Assembly: GCA_006218035.1 (NCBI GenBank)
Contig: VBWC01000006.1
Coordinates: forward strand, 6,266 to 70,265
Direction of reading: 5' to 3'
Source: Gammaproteobacteria bacterium
GTDB lineage: Bacteria; Pseudomonadota; Gammaproteobacteria; VBWC01
DNA length: 64,000 nt
Part shown: piece by piece, positions 43,455 to 52,533 of the stretch
Layout of the letters: every line of letters begins with the position of its first letter
Numbering within the stretch: the stretch's first letter is position 1
The notes under the pieces: generated by a model
Seen by the model: the letters and a program-made list of their open reading frames with translations, nothing else
The model's database searches: none
Told to the model about the DNA's origin: nothing
Made by a program: the position numbers and the translations under genes

Positions 43455-45023
43455 TCAGCCTGGCACGACACCCGGCAGGTAGGTCAATGGGCCGGCCGGG
43501 CCCAGGGCAATTCCCAGCCCGATCCACAGCAGCAGCAGGGCGCTCCAGAGCAACGTAAAAACGATCGTGTACGGCAACATCAGGGCGACCAGCGTGCCGA
43601 TGCCGCCGGTCGGCAGATATCGCTGCATGAATGCCAGTACGATGATGATGTAGGGATTAAGCGGTGTGATGACATTGCTGACGGAATCCCCGATGCGGTA
43701 GGCCGCCTGCGTCAGTTCCGGGCTGATACCGACCTGCATGAACATCGGCACGAATACGGGCGCGAACAGCGCGTACTTGGCCGATGACGAACCGATGAAC
43801 AGATTGCCGGTCAAGGTCACCAGAATGAAAGCGCCGATCAGCGGCATTATCCCGAGATCGGCGCTGGAGAGCATCTGTCCGCCGGTAATCGCGAGCATTT
43901 CGCCAAGACGCGAAACCTTGAACAGCTCGATGAACTGCGCGGCGAAGAATGCCAGCACGATATAGGAACCGAGGCCGGCGACCGTCTGGCCCATCATTCT
44001 GGCGATATCCCTGTCGTTGCGTATGGTCCCCGCGCCGACACCATATGCCACGCCCGGAATCAGGAACACCAGAAACAGTAACGGCACCACCGCCTCGATC
44101 CAGCGGGAAAAGCGCTGACCTTCGCCCTGTAACGGCGCGCCGGGGACGAGAACCAGAACCGCGACGACGAGCAGCGTGACGCCGCCGGCGGCGATGCCGG
44201 CGATCAGGCCGCGGCGTTCGTTCCCGGCAGCGGGGTCATGGATGCTGGCGATGGGCGATGCGGTGGTGGCGGGGGAGTGGTCCCGCAGCAAACGCGGCTC
44301 GACGATCCGCGACGTGACAAACCATCCCGCCAACGTCAGTAACAGCGTCGAGGCAATCATGAACCACCAGTTAGCGGTGACGGCCACGCGATAGCCGGTG
44401 TCGACGAGTTGCGCAGCGGCCTCGGTCAGTCCCGCCAGCAACGGATCGAGAGCGGTGATAAACAGATTCGCCCCGAAGCCGGCAGACACGCCGGCAAACG
44501 CCGCCGCAAGCCCGGCCAGCGGCGGACGTCCGACCGCGTAATACAACGCCGCCGCCAGTGGTGGCAGCACCACATAGCCGGCATCCAAGGTCAATGACGA
44601 TATGATGCCGATAAACACGATCGCGGGCGTCATTAGTACCCGCGGTGTCGAGCGCATGCCGCGCTTGATCAATGCGTTGATAAAACCGCTATGCTCAGCG
44701 ATACCGATGCCCAGCATGCCAACCAGCACAATACCCAATGGCGGAAACGCCATGAAATTGCTGACCATGTGGCTTAACAGCCACCATAGTCCGTCACTGT
44801 TCAACATGCCGACCGCTGTCACGGTCTGGACCACTTGCAGGCGCTTTCCGTCGACGTCCTGGACGACGATCTTGTCGACGGCCCAGCCGAGATCCATCGC
44901 CAGCTGTGATAGCACCATGATCAACGTGGCACCAATGAAGAACAGCGTCGCCGGCGCAGGCAGACGGTTGCCGGTGTGTTCGATCCAGTCGAGGATGCGT
45001 GTTCGGTTCATGCCGCTGGTCAT
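43455..45023 (-). CDS. AbgT-family transporter
   Basis: LDWIEHTGNRLP, FAGVSAGFGAN, YRIGDSVSNVITP, ALMLPY. Confidence 0.95.
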   Translation of the reverse strand: MTSGMNRTRILDWIEHTGNRLPAPATLFFIGATLIMVLSQLAMDLGWAVDKIVVQDVDGKRLQVVQTVTAVGMLNSDGLWWLLSHMVSNFMAFPPLGIVLVGMLGIGIAEHSGFINALIKRGMRSTPRVLMTPAIVFIGIISSLTLDAGYVVLPPLAAALYYAVGRPPLAGLAAAFAGVSAGFGANLFITALDPLLAGLTEAAAQLVDTGYRVAVTANWWFMIASTLLLTLAGWFVTSRIVEPRLLRDHSPATTASPIASIHDPAAGNERRGLIAGIAAGGVTLLVVAVLVLVPGAPLQGEGQRFSRWIEAVVPLLFLVFLIPGVAYGVGAGTIRNDRDIARMMGQTVAGLGSYIVLAFFAAQFIELFKVSRLGEMLAITGGQMLSSADLGIMPLIGAFILVTLTGNLFIGSSSAKYALFAPVFVPMFMQVGISPELTQAAYRIGDSVSNVITPLNPYIIIVLAFMQRYLPTGGIGTLVALMLPYTIVFTLLWSALLLLWIGLGIALGPAGPLTYLPGVVPG

Positions 45024-45062
45024 GTTACCGGGCGCGGTAGCGGCCTTGCTACCGATTTATTC

Positions 45063-45271
45063 TATGGAAGCGCTGATCAAGCGGCTTCTTGTCATTTCGA
45101 CCGCAGGCGACCGCCATGGATGGCGGAAGATAGAGCAACGCAGGAGCAGTTGCCGGGAGAAATCGTGATGTGGTGGAATCGCCTCGAAGTTTTCACCACC
45201 AGGATTTCTCGCCAGCTCCCTCGCGACGCTCGGGACAGGGCTAGAAATGACAATTAATCAGAGATTCCCTA
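45063..45271. mobile_element. MITE-like element with TA-bounded inverted ends and nested palindromes
   Basis: Left TATGGAAGCGCTGATCAA vs right (revcomp) TAGGGAATCTCTGATTAA, 14/18; inner GTCATTTC...GAAATGAC, GAGAAATC...GATTTCTC and CCGCCAT-GG-ATGGCGG. Confidence 0.75.
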
Positions 45272-45319
45272 TAGAAAATCGGGCGCAGCGTGCAGGTCAG
45301 TGGTGGTGCGGTGTATGGC

Positions 45320-46012
45320 CTAATCGCCAGTCGGGGTGATTTCGAATTCGAAAACGCGATCCATGTTATTGAACGTTTCCGCCAGGTTATGAAAGTTTAT
45401 GGCTTCCTTGGTCTTGATCGTGGTGCTGTACCGGAAATAACGACCCTCACTTTCCAGCTGATAACTGGGATGGGTCAGGGTCGCGTTGTGATCCTTGAGT
45501 ATCTGCCGCAGCTCTTCCTCCGGCATATGCTCGCGGCGCGCAAAGCGCACGGTGAGGCGCGCATAGCGCAACGTCGGCATGCGGTTTTCGAGCCAGCGAA
45601 AGAACGCGAGTACGCCGATCGATAAAACGCAGGTGAATGCTGCCGCGAAATAGAGACCCATGCCGATGACGATGCCGATGGATGCAGTTATCCAGATCGA
45701 TGCCGCCGTCGTCAGGCCGCGTACCGTGAGGCCATCTTTAATGATAACGCCGGCGCCAAGGAAACCGATGCCGGTCATGATGCCCTGGCCCATGCGCGTC
45801 GGATCGACCCGTATCGTTTCAATGGGCGCACCCGCGAGCAGCTTCCACTGGAAGACGGTAAACAACATCAGCAGGCTTGCGGACATGCAGACCAGTGTAT
45901 GCGTGCGGAATCCGGCAGGCCGCCCGTGATACGAGCGCTCAAGGCCGATCAGACCGCCGGCCAGCGCTGACAGTAACATCCGTGTCACCGTGGTGACGTA
46001 CTCGTGTTCCAT
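45320..46012 (-). CDS. MgtC/SapB family membrane protein
   Basis: IGLER, AGFRTH, GIGFLGAG, GLTTAASIW. Confidence 0.95.
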   Translation of the reverse strand: MEHEYVTTVTRMLLSALAGGLIGLERSYHGRPAGFRTHTLVCMSASLLMLFTVFQWKLLAGAPIETIRVDPTRMGQGIMTGIGFLGAGVIIKDGLTVRGLTTAASIWITASIGIVIGMGLYFAAAFTCVLSIGVLAFFRWLENRMPTLRYARLTVRFARREHMPEEELRQILKDHNATLTHPSYQLESEGRYFRYSTTIKTKEAINFHNLAETFNNMDRVFEFEITPTGD

Positions 46013-46101
46013 GAATATCAATGCTCCGTTATGTGGCAGCCGTTTTGCGCCAGGCTCGTTCCATAAAAAAACGATATCGACTGAACATAGTGCCCGGTAT
46101 C

Positions 46102-47280
46102 CTAGGCCGGCGTTTCCCCGCCGTTCACCCCGAGAAAAGTCAGTACCTCGGCTTTTCTGTCCATCGTATCCTTGTAGCCGAGCGCCATCAGCTCCTCGCA
46201 GTACTCCTTTTCGAACAGCAGATAGCTTAGCAGGTTCGATCCGCCGCGATTCGGCGCCCCGACGCCCCGCAGCAGATACCGTACCGGCAGCGGCAACCGA
46301 TGGGCGTGTCGTTGGGCGATCTTGCCGATGTCTTCACTTGGCGAAATCATCAGTACCTCGACTGGCCGCAATGTCAGGTCGCTGTCGTCGATATGGCGCG
46401 ATGGAATCATCGCTACCGCCTTGTTGATGAGATCACGCCGCTCCATGTCGATCGCGATGTTATCCAGGAAAATACTGTTCAGCACGTGGCCGGCGATCAG
46501 CGCCATGGACGGGTAATTCATTACCCGCTCACGCGGCGCGACATCATCGGTTTCCTGGCGCACGCCGATCACGAATACCCGGTCAGCGCCGAGCTGCAGC
46601 GCGGTGCCGATCGGTTCGATATGGCGCATCGATCCATCGCCGAAAAATTCACGGTTCACCTTGATCGCGCGAAATACGAACGGGATTGCCGAAGACGCCA
46701 GCAGGTGATCGAGAGTGATTCTCGATCGTACGCCGCATCGTCGCACACGCTGCCAGGGCCGCAGGGCATCGACGCCCTGAAAGAATGTGACCGACTGGCC
46801 GGAGTTGTAGCCCGAGGCAGTGATACTCAGTGCGTGCAGCGCCCCCGCGTCGATGGAGTTCTGGATCTCGTCGAATGACAGGAGTTCGGTCAGCAGTTTG
46901 CGCAGCGGCGCGCGATCGAGCAGCGCATGAGGATTATGTTCGCCGAGTCCGCCGAGCATCATTGCCGACAGCCAGTGTAGTCCGCTCAGCGCGATACCCC
47001 GGGCATCCGAACGGAATACGTGTTGAGACTGGAAATTGCTCCAGACGCGGTGGATCTGGAATACCCCTTCGCGAAAACGCGTCGCATAAACCGCCAGCGC
47101 CGCGGCATTAATCGCTCCCGCCGACGCACCGCATACAATCGGAAAAGGATTCGGCGAGTTACGCGGCAGTAGTTTTGCGACGGCGCGCAGCACCCCTACC
47201 TGATACGCAGCACGCGCGCCACCACCGCCGAGTACAAGGCCGGTTTTTGGCGCTGGTGTGTCCTTTGATCCCCAAAACAC
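46102..47280 (-). CDS. Patatin-like phospholipase
   Basis: GGGARAAYQVG, GASAG, ASSAIP, DGS. Confidence 0.93.
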   Translation of the reverse strand: MFWGSKDTPAPKTGLVLGGGGARAAYQVGVLRAVAKLLPRNSPNPFPIVCGASAGAINAAALAVYATRFREGVFQIHRVWSNFQSQHVFRSDARGIALSGLHWLSAMMLGGLGEHNPHALLDRAPLRKLLTELLSFDEIQNSIDAGALHALSITASGYNSGQSVTFFQGVDALRPWQRVRRCGVRSRITLDHLLASSAIPFVFRAIKVNREFFGDGSMRHIEPIGTALQLGADRVFVIGVRQETDDVAPRERVMNYPSMALIAGHVLNSIFLDNIAIDMERRDLINKAVAMIPSRHIDDSDLTLRPVEVLMISPSEDIGKIAQRHAHRLPLPVRYLLRGVGAPNRGGSNLLSYLLFEKEYCEELMALGYKDTMDRKAEVLTFLGVNGGETPA

Positions 47281-48068
47281 TGCCGAATGTCCCGTACGCG
47301 GTTCCGTCCGAAGTCCGTTTTGGCGGGCTGGCCCAGGATACGACTAACGCTACTCCGGCTACGTTACATCAGTATCGACAAGCCCGAAATTAGTTGTTTT
47401 ACCGGTAACTTATCGGCAGCGCACCGCCGCTCTGTAGCGGTGACGCTGGTAACGACTGTACAACAGTTCGGCAGTTTTTCAACATCACGACGAGTTTTCC
47501 CACGCGTCCGGGGGGTCCGGATTCGGACACGCCGTCGGAGTCGTCGTGATTGCCGTTCATGCTTTCCCTGGATTTTCAGCGGGCCCGCCATGTTGAACGC
47601 CGCATGGCGCGATCAACCGGAGTAACGCTGTTTCGGGCCACACCGACGGTTATCGGTGTGTCGATCGACAATGTCGCATTTTGCCTTGAAGCGGGAGCGC
47701 ACTACCCAGTGTACGAGTGTTTGACCGACGGCGATCCGGGCCAAGTCACTAGCGTTCATCGGCAAGCCTTTCAGCGCTGGAACGGCGGCGCTGCCTCACG
47801 ATATATTTTCCGTAGTGCGGTAGTGAGCGCCGAACACGGCAAGGCCGACGGCGCGCCGGCGCGGGTACGGGTCACCGCGCTGTCCTGGGTGGCCGGCATC
47901 GTTGAGGTCGCCGCGCGTGGAGGTTAACGATAACCATCATCCGGTATCGGCGCCGAACCCGGCCAATAGGGTATATCCCCCCGATGCCGTCCGATGTGGC
48001 GCCGTATCGAGATCAGGACGCAATTGTGATTTATAATCCTGATTCATCCATCCGGGAACAGTACCTCC

Positions 48069-48431
48069 GTGGGCGATCCAGAGGCACCGACATTTGATTT
48101 TGACGAGTGGCAGCGGCTGGCTCAGACCGATCCGGCGGCCTTCGAGGACTGGCGCGCCAGCGTAATCCGTCAGTTTATCGAACAGGCCCCGCCGGACAGG
48201 CGTCGCCGTCTGGAGGGTTTGCAGTGGCGTATCGATATGGAGCGGCGCAAATACCGTGATCCGCTCGTGTCATCCCAGCGGTTGTACGGGCTGATGCTGG
48301 ATTCATATGTCGGAGAAGGCGGTTTGCTGGCCGCCGTAGGACAACTGACGGCATCGGGCACGGCGACGACCGGCCGCGCCGCTTCGCCAGCGAAGATATT
48401 GCCATTCAGAAATCTTGCTGCGACGGACTGA
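48069..48431 (+). CDS. DUF3135 family protein
   Basis: FDFDEWQRLAQTDPAAFE...RRLEGLQWRID. Confidence 0.85.
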   Translation: MGDPEAPTFDFDEWQRLAQTDPAAFEDWRASVIRQFIEQAPPDRRRRLEGLQWRIDMERRKYRDPLVSSQRLYGLMLDSYVGEGGLLAAVGQLTASGTATTGRAASPAKILPFRNLAATD

Positions 48432-48440
48432 CCCGCCGGC

Positions 48441-49088
48441 TCATGTCCACTGCCCTGACCATCGTTTGATCAGGTCTACCCAGAGTTTGCGCGGTGCCGC
48501 AGCAAATATGATCGCGGTATCCGCCTGTATCGCCAGCCAGTCGCCGCGGGATATTTCAACCTCGAGTTGCCCGGGCACCCAGGCCGAATAGCCGGAATAT
48601 GCCCGCACGGAATCGTCCGGGCTCGCGTTGCTGAGTATATGGATCAGGGCGGTCCTTCCTGCAGCGAGCGATACGTCGGCGATAATGCGATGTTCGGTGC
48701 CATGTTCGCGCGGAGTGCGGGTCAACAAAAACACGGCCTGGGGGACGACCGGGCCACCGAAATGCAGCATGGCGGCGTTATCGGCAACGCTCGCCAGTTC
48801 CGGCAGCCGCCGCCCCAACTCGAAAGTGGTCGGTCGGTTGATGATTAACCCGATCGCGCCGCCGTCATCGTAGTCCGTCATGACTACGACAGTCCGCTCA
48901 AACATCGATCCGGTCAGTTGCTGCGTCGCGACAAGAAAGACCCCTTTTTTCAGCTGGCGGGCATCCGTCGGGTCTGCCGACACTGGCTCGTACGGTATGA
49001 CACCGGCAAAAAACATCCCGACAGCAAAGCAGATCATCCGGGCGAGATACGGCCTGGTTTCCGCTTTGCAGGCGATGGCGACGGTCAT
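48441..49088 (-). CDS. YqgE/AlgH family protein with signal-like N-terminal extension
   Basis: GAIGLIINRP, GGPV, GYSAWVPGQLEVE. Confidence 0.88.
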   Translation of the reverse strand: MTVAIACKAETRPYLARMICFAVGMFFAGVIPYEPVSADPTDARQLKKGVFLVATQQLTGSMFERTVVVMTDYDDGGAIGLIINRPTTFELGRRLPELASVADNAAMLHFGGPVVPQAVFLLTRTPREHGTEHRIIADVSLAAGRTALIHILSNASPDDSVRAYSGYSAWVPGQLEVEISRGDWLAIQADTAIIFAAAPRKLWVDLIKRWSGQWT

Positions 49089-49254
49089 TGACGAGCGAAA
49101 TCCGACATTGTCCCCGCCACGGGGCTATACCACCGATCTTCTCGATGATCGCCTGCCGCGATTAACGGCGTTTGGCGGCCGTGTCGATAGAGGTACTGCG
49201 GAGAGCCGGTTTTCAGGTATTGATGCCCTACGGTCCACATTGTCGTAACGATAT

Positions 49255-49276
49255 GAAAATCAGCCGATTGATTTTC
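49255..49276. promoter_or_regulatory. Inverted repeat, putative operator in a divergent intergenic region
   Basis: GAAAATCA-N6-TGATTTTC. Confidence 0.35.
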
Positions 49277-49366
49277 GCTACATTAACCTCGAAATCGGAA
49301 CGGCGTCTCATATTTTTGCTGTTTCAGGTCGATATCTAATTAGAAGAGTCGCGAGGAAATCCCGAA

Positions 49367-50785
49367 ATGTCAGTTGCAGCGACAATTGTAAAGATGCTTG
49401 ATAGCAGTCGGGTCACCTATGACGTGCTCGAACTGAAGCCGTTCACGTCTCCTCGCGAAGCAGCGGTTGCCGCCGGCATCGCGCCGGCATCGCTGATGAA
49501 GGCCGTTGTGGTTCATGATGGCGCGGGATTCGTCATGGCATCCATGCCGGCGAACCACGAACTCGATCTTCAGGTCTTCGGCGAACTGATCAACCGTCCG
49601 GTGGAGCACGCCTCCGAGCTGACTCTCCAGAAGAGCTTCCATGATTGCAGCCCGAAGTATCTGCCGCCGCTCGGCATCGCCTATGGCATCGCGACCGTGG
49701 TTCACAATGGCTTCTCAACACTCGACACCGTGTATTTCCTCGGTGGTGACCGGCGTACGGTCGTACGTATCGATCGACGAAACTTCCAACGACTTTTCAA
49801 GAAACAGAGTGGCGTGATATTCGCGGACCGGTATTCGCGGCCGGTATCAGTCAAGTTGGCGGTGTCAGCGCCGGGAGCGCGCACGCCGGCGACGCCGTCC
49901 ATCAGCGACGCGCGACTCGGATCGTCGCGACTGAATATCAAGGAGCGCATCCGTAGTCTGGGTAAATTGCCGGCGATGCCGGAGATGGCCCAGCGGATAC
50001 TGGCGCTGCGTGCCGCCAACGAACCCGAGCTCAAGAAACTTGCCGACATTGTCGAGGTCGACCCCAGCCTGGCAGCTCAGGTGATGCGCTACGCGCGTTC
50101 GCCGTTTTTCGGTTATCGCGGCGCCGTCGATTCGGTGCGGGTGGCAATGTCACGTGTGCTCGGCTACGACATGGTGATGAATCTGGCGCTGGGCCTTGCC
50201 ACAGCGCGGCCATTCCGGACGCCAAAGACCGGTCCGCTGGGTCTCGACGCGTTCTGGCGCCACGCGGTGTACAGCGCGGCCCTGGCGCAAGCGTTGAGCG
50301 GCATGGTGCCGCCTGAAATCAGGCCGCCTTCCGGAATGGCGTATCTGGCGGGGCTGTCACACAATTTCGGACATCTCCTGGTCGGGCATCTGTTCAAGGA
50401 AGAATTCGTTATGTTGAACAAACTGGTCGAGGAGCACCCCGAACGGTCTGTTACATCCATTGAATTAGCGGCACTCGGTATCGACCATACCGAAGTGGGT
50501 AGCATGCTGATGGAATACTGGAAACTGCCGGAAGAGATCGTTGTGGCGATCAGGGAACACCATAACGAAAACTACCACGGCCCGCACGCGGTCTACGCGC
50601 AACTTGTGCTTATCGCCGACCGGATGCTGAAGCGTCACGATCTGGGTGACGCGTCAAGCACTCAGCTACCGGGCGGGATACTTGGATTTCTTGAACTCAG
50701 CGAATATCAGCTCGAGGCGGCTACCAAGCGCATCATGGAAGGGCACGAAGGACTCGAGATGATGGCACAGCAACTCGCCGCCTGA
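49367..50785 (+). CDS. YbaK/ProX-like plus HDOD domain protein
   Basis: N-terminal KAVVV...FHDC...LPPLG; HDOD LPAMP, DPSLAAQV, FWRHAV, AGLSHNFG. Confidence 0.9.
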   Translation: MSVAATIVKMLDSSRVTYDVLELKPFTSPREAAVAAGIAPASLMKAVVVHDGAGFVMASMPANHELDLQVFGELINRPVEHASELTLQKSFHDCSPKYLPPLGIAYGIATVVHNGFSTLDTVYFLGGDRRTVVRIDRRNFQRLFKKQSGVIFADRYSRPVSVKLAVSAPGARTPATPSISDARLGSSRLNIKERIRSLGKLPAMPEMAQRILALRAANEPELKKLADIVEVDPSLAAQVMRYARSPFFGYRGAVDSVRVAMSRVLGYDMVMNLALGLATARPFRTPKTGPLGLDAFWRHAVYSAALAQALSGMVPPEIRPPSGMAYLAGLSHNFGHLLVGHLFKEEFVMLNKLVEEHPERSVTSIELAALGIDHTEVGSMLMEYWKLPEEIVVAIREHHNENYHGPHAVYAQLVLIADRMLKRHDLGDASSTQLPGGILGFLELSEYQLEAATKRIMEGHEGLEMMAQQLAA

Positions 50786-50808
50786 GCATACCCCGACCGT
50801 CCGGTCGA

Positions 50809-51093
50809 TTACTCGCCGATCCAGTTTTGCAGCGCCTCGATGATTTTCTGCGCCTGATCCTTGCTGGAAATATTGAATTTCGACTTGGTCATATATTCGT
50901 TATTACGCTTCTGGTAGCGACGAATCGTGTATTTTTCGGGGCCGAACTCGCCCTTGGTCCGGTCCAGATCCTGATACTTGAAAATCACCGTCGCCCACGC
51001 GCCCTTGGACAGAATCACCTTGTCCAGTTCCTTGACGGTCTGCACGCCGGCATCCGTATAATTTACGGTCAGATCTTCAACACTTGCGGCCAT
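50809..51093 (-). CDS. Small hypothetical protein
   Basis: GGAGA RBS, protein-like 94-aa ORF filling the gap. Confidence 0.8.
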   Translation of the reverse strand: MAASVEDLTVNYTDAGVQTVKELDKVILSKGAWATVIFKYQDLDRTKGEFGPEKYTIRRYQKRNNEYMTKSKFNISSKDQAQKIIEALQNWIGE

Positions 51094-51225
51094 CTCGTTC
51101 TCCAGAAATAGTGGTTCATACCGGCCAGTTTAGGTTTTACCTCAGCCTGGCATAAGTCTGGCGCATCATACATGAATCCCGAACAGCCCCGTCAGTCGAT
51201 GGGGAGCGATATGAGGTTCTCGCGT

Positions 51226-51694
51226 TTACAACGACGCAGCGGGGATATTCCACGTGCCCTCGAACAGCATCTCGCGCAGCGGCTTGCGCGGCCGGCGGGT
51301 CTGATCGCGAGACCGGTATACACATCAAAGTCGCCAGGTACCTGATAGATTTGCCTGGCTCTGTCCGGTTCGATGCCGATCATTTGGTGCACGCTCAGGC
51401 CGCGCGCGGTTGCTTCCAGCGACAAATTTGCGGAGGCCAGGCCGAGATCATGCAGTGCGGCGCGGTTCGGTTGCCCTCGGTCAGGCACGAAAGCATGGTG
51501 GAAAATGCGCCGGCATCGTTTCGCGTAGCGAGCAGAAAGCGCCATGGTTGCTCGTTAAAAGAAGACGGCGCCCAACGAGCGGCCTCGAAAATCGCGTGCA
51601 AATCGTCGACGCTGACCGGACGGCGATCAAAAGAATAGGGGCTCCAGCGCCGCGCAATCAACTCATGCACCGGATAATCGGTTTTCGCTTGCAA
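51226..51694 (-). pseudogene. Nitroreductase pseudogene
   Basis: RRWSPYSF, ARWAPSSFNEQPWRF; shift to HDLGLASANLSLEATARGLSVHQM; shift to RPRKPLREMLFEGTW..*; segments missing at both junctions. Confidence 0.85.
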
Positions 51695-51729
51695 GATTGG
51701 TATTCCCCCCGTTTGAATTGCGCTTTACG

Positions 51730-51759
51730 AAAAAACAAAGGCAGCCGCAGCTGCCTTTG
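51730..51759 (-). terminator. Intrinsic terminator after nrdJb
   Basis: 10-bp stem CAAAGGCAGC/GCTGCCTTTG with 6 Ts on the minus strand. Confidence 0.75.
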
Positions 51760-51780
51760 CGCGGTTTTGTCAGTAGACCT

Positions 51781-52476
51781 TCATCCGCATTTGGACTCGC
51801 CGCAATTGAGGCATGTCAGGCAGTTATCCATGATGATCATTGCCTTGGTCATGCACTTGCTGCATAGTTGTGAGCCTTCTGGAAAACCACCGCTGTTGCC
51901 GGCATTCGCTCTTCTCGCCTCGAACTGCGCGCGCTTTTCGTCGATGAGCAGTTGCTGGCCCTCGCTCAACGCCTCGTCCTTGATCAGACCGATGACGCGC
52001 AGGTGATGCTCGATCACGTCGCCGATCTCGGCCACCAGTGACGGCATGAATTTACCACCCTTCTTGAAATAGCCGCCGCGCGGATCGAAAACCGAGCGCA
52101 GTTCCTCGACCAGGAAGGTGACGTCACCACCCTTGCGGAACACCGCCGAGACAATCCGTGTCAGCGCGACGATCCACTGAAAGTGGTCCATGTTCTTGGA
52201 GTTGATGAAAATTTCAAACGGCCGCCGCAGCTCGTGTTCGGTGCCTGGATTGAGCACCATGTCGTTGATGGTGACATACAGCGAATGTTCGGACAGCGGC
52301 GTTTTAAGCTTGTAGGTCGAGCCGAGCAGCGTATCAGGCCGCTCTACCTTCTCGTGCATTTGAATAACGTTGGATTCCGCCTTGGCCGGCGCCTCGATCT
52401 GCGCGGTTTCAGCCGGCACCGCCGCCGGTTTTATTACGCTGTATTTGGCGATCTTTTTATCGATTTTGATAGTCAT
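51781..52476 (-). CDS. nrdJb: Class II ribonucleotide reductase subunit b
   Basis: RPFEIFINSK, VFRKGGDV, C-terminal CxxC...CLTCLNCGESKCG. Confidence 0.92.
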   Translation of the reverse strand: MTIKIDKKIAKYSVIKPAAVPAETAQIEAPAKAESNVIQMHEKVERPDTLLGSTYKLKTPLSEHSLYVTINDMVLNPGTEHELRRPFEIFINSKNMDHFQWIVALTRIVSAVFRKGGDVTFLVEELRSVFDPRGGYFKKGGKFMPSLVAEIGDVIEHHLRVIGLIKDEALSEGQQLLIDEKRAQFEARRANAGNSGGFPEGSQLCSKCMTKAMIIMDNCLTCLNCGESKCG

Positions 52477-52533
52477 GAACACGTTCCCTTCAAGCTGCTG
52501 TCTCGTTAGACGTTAATCTGCGCATTCTTGCCG

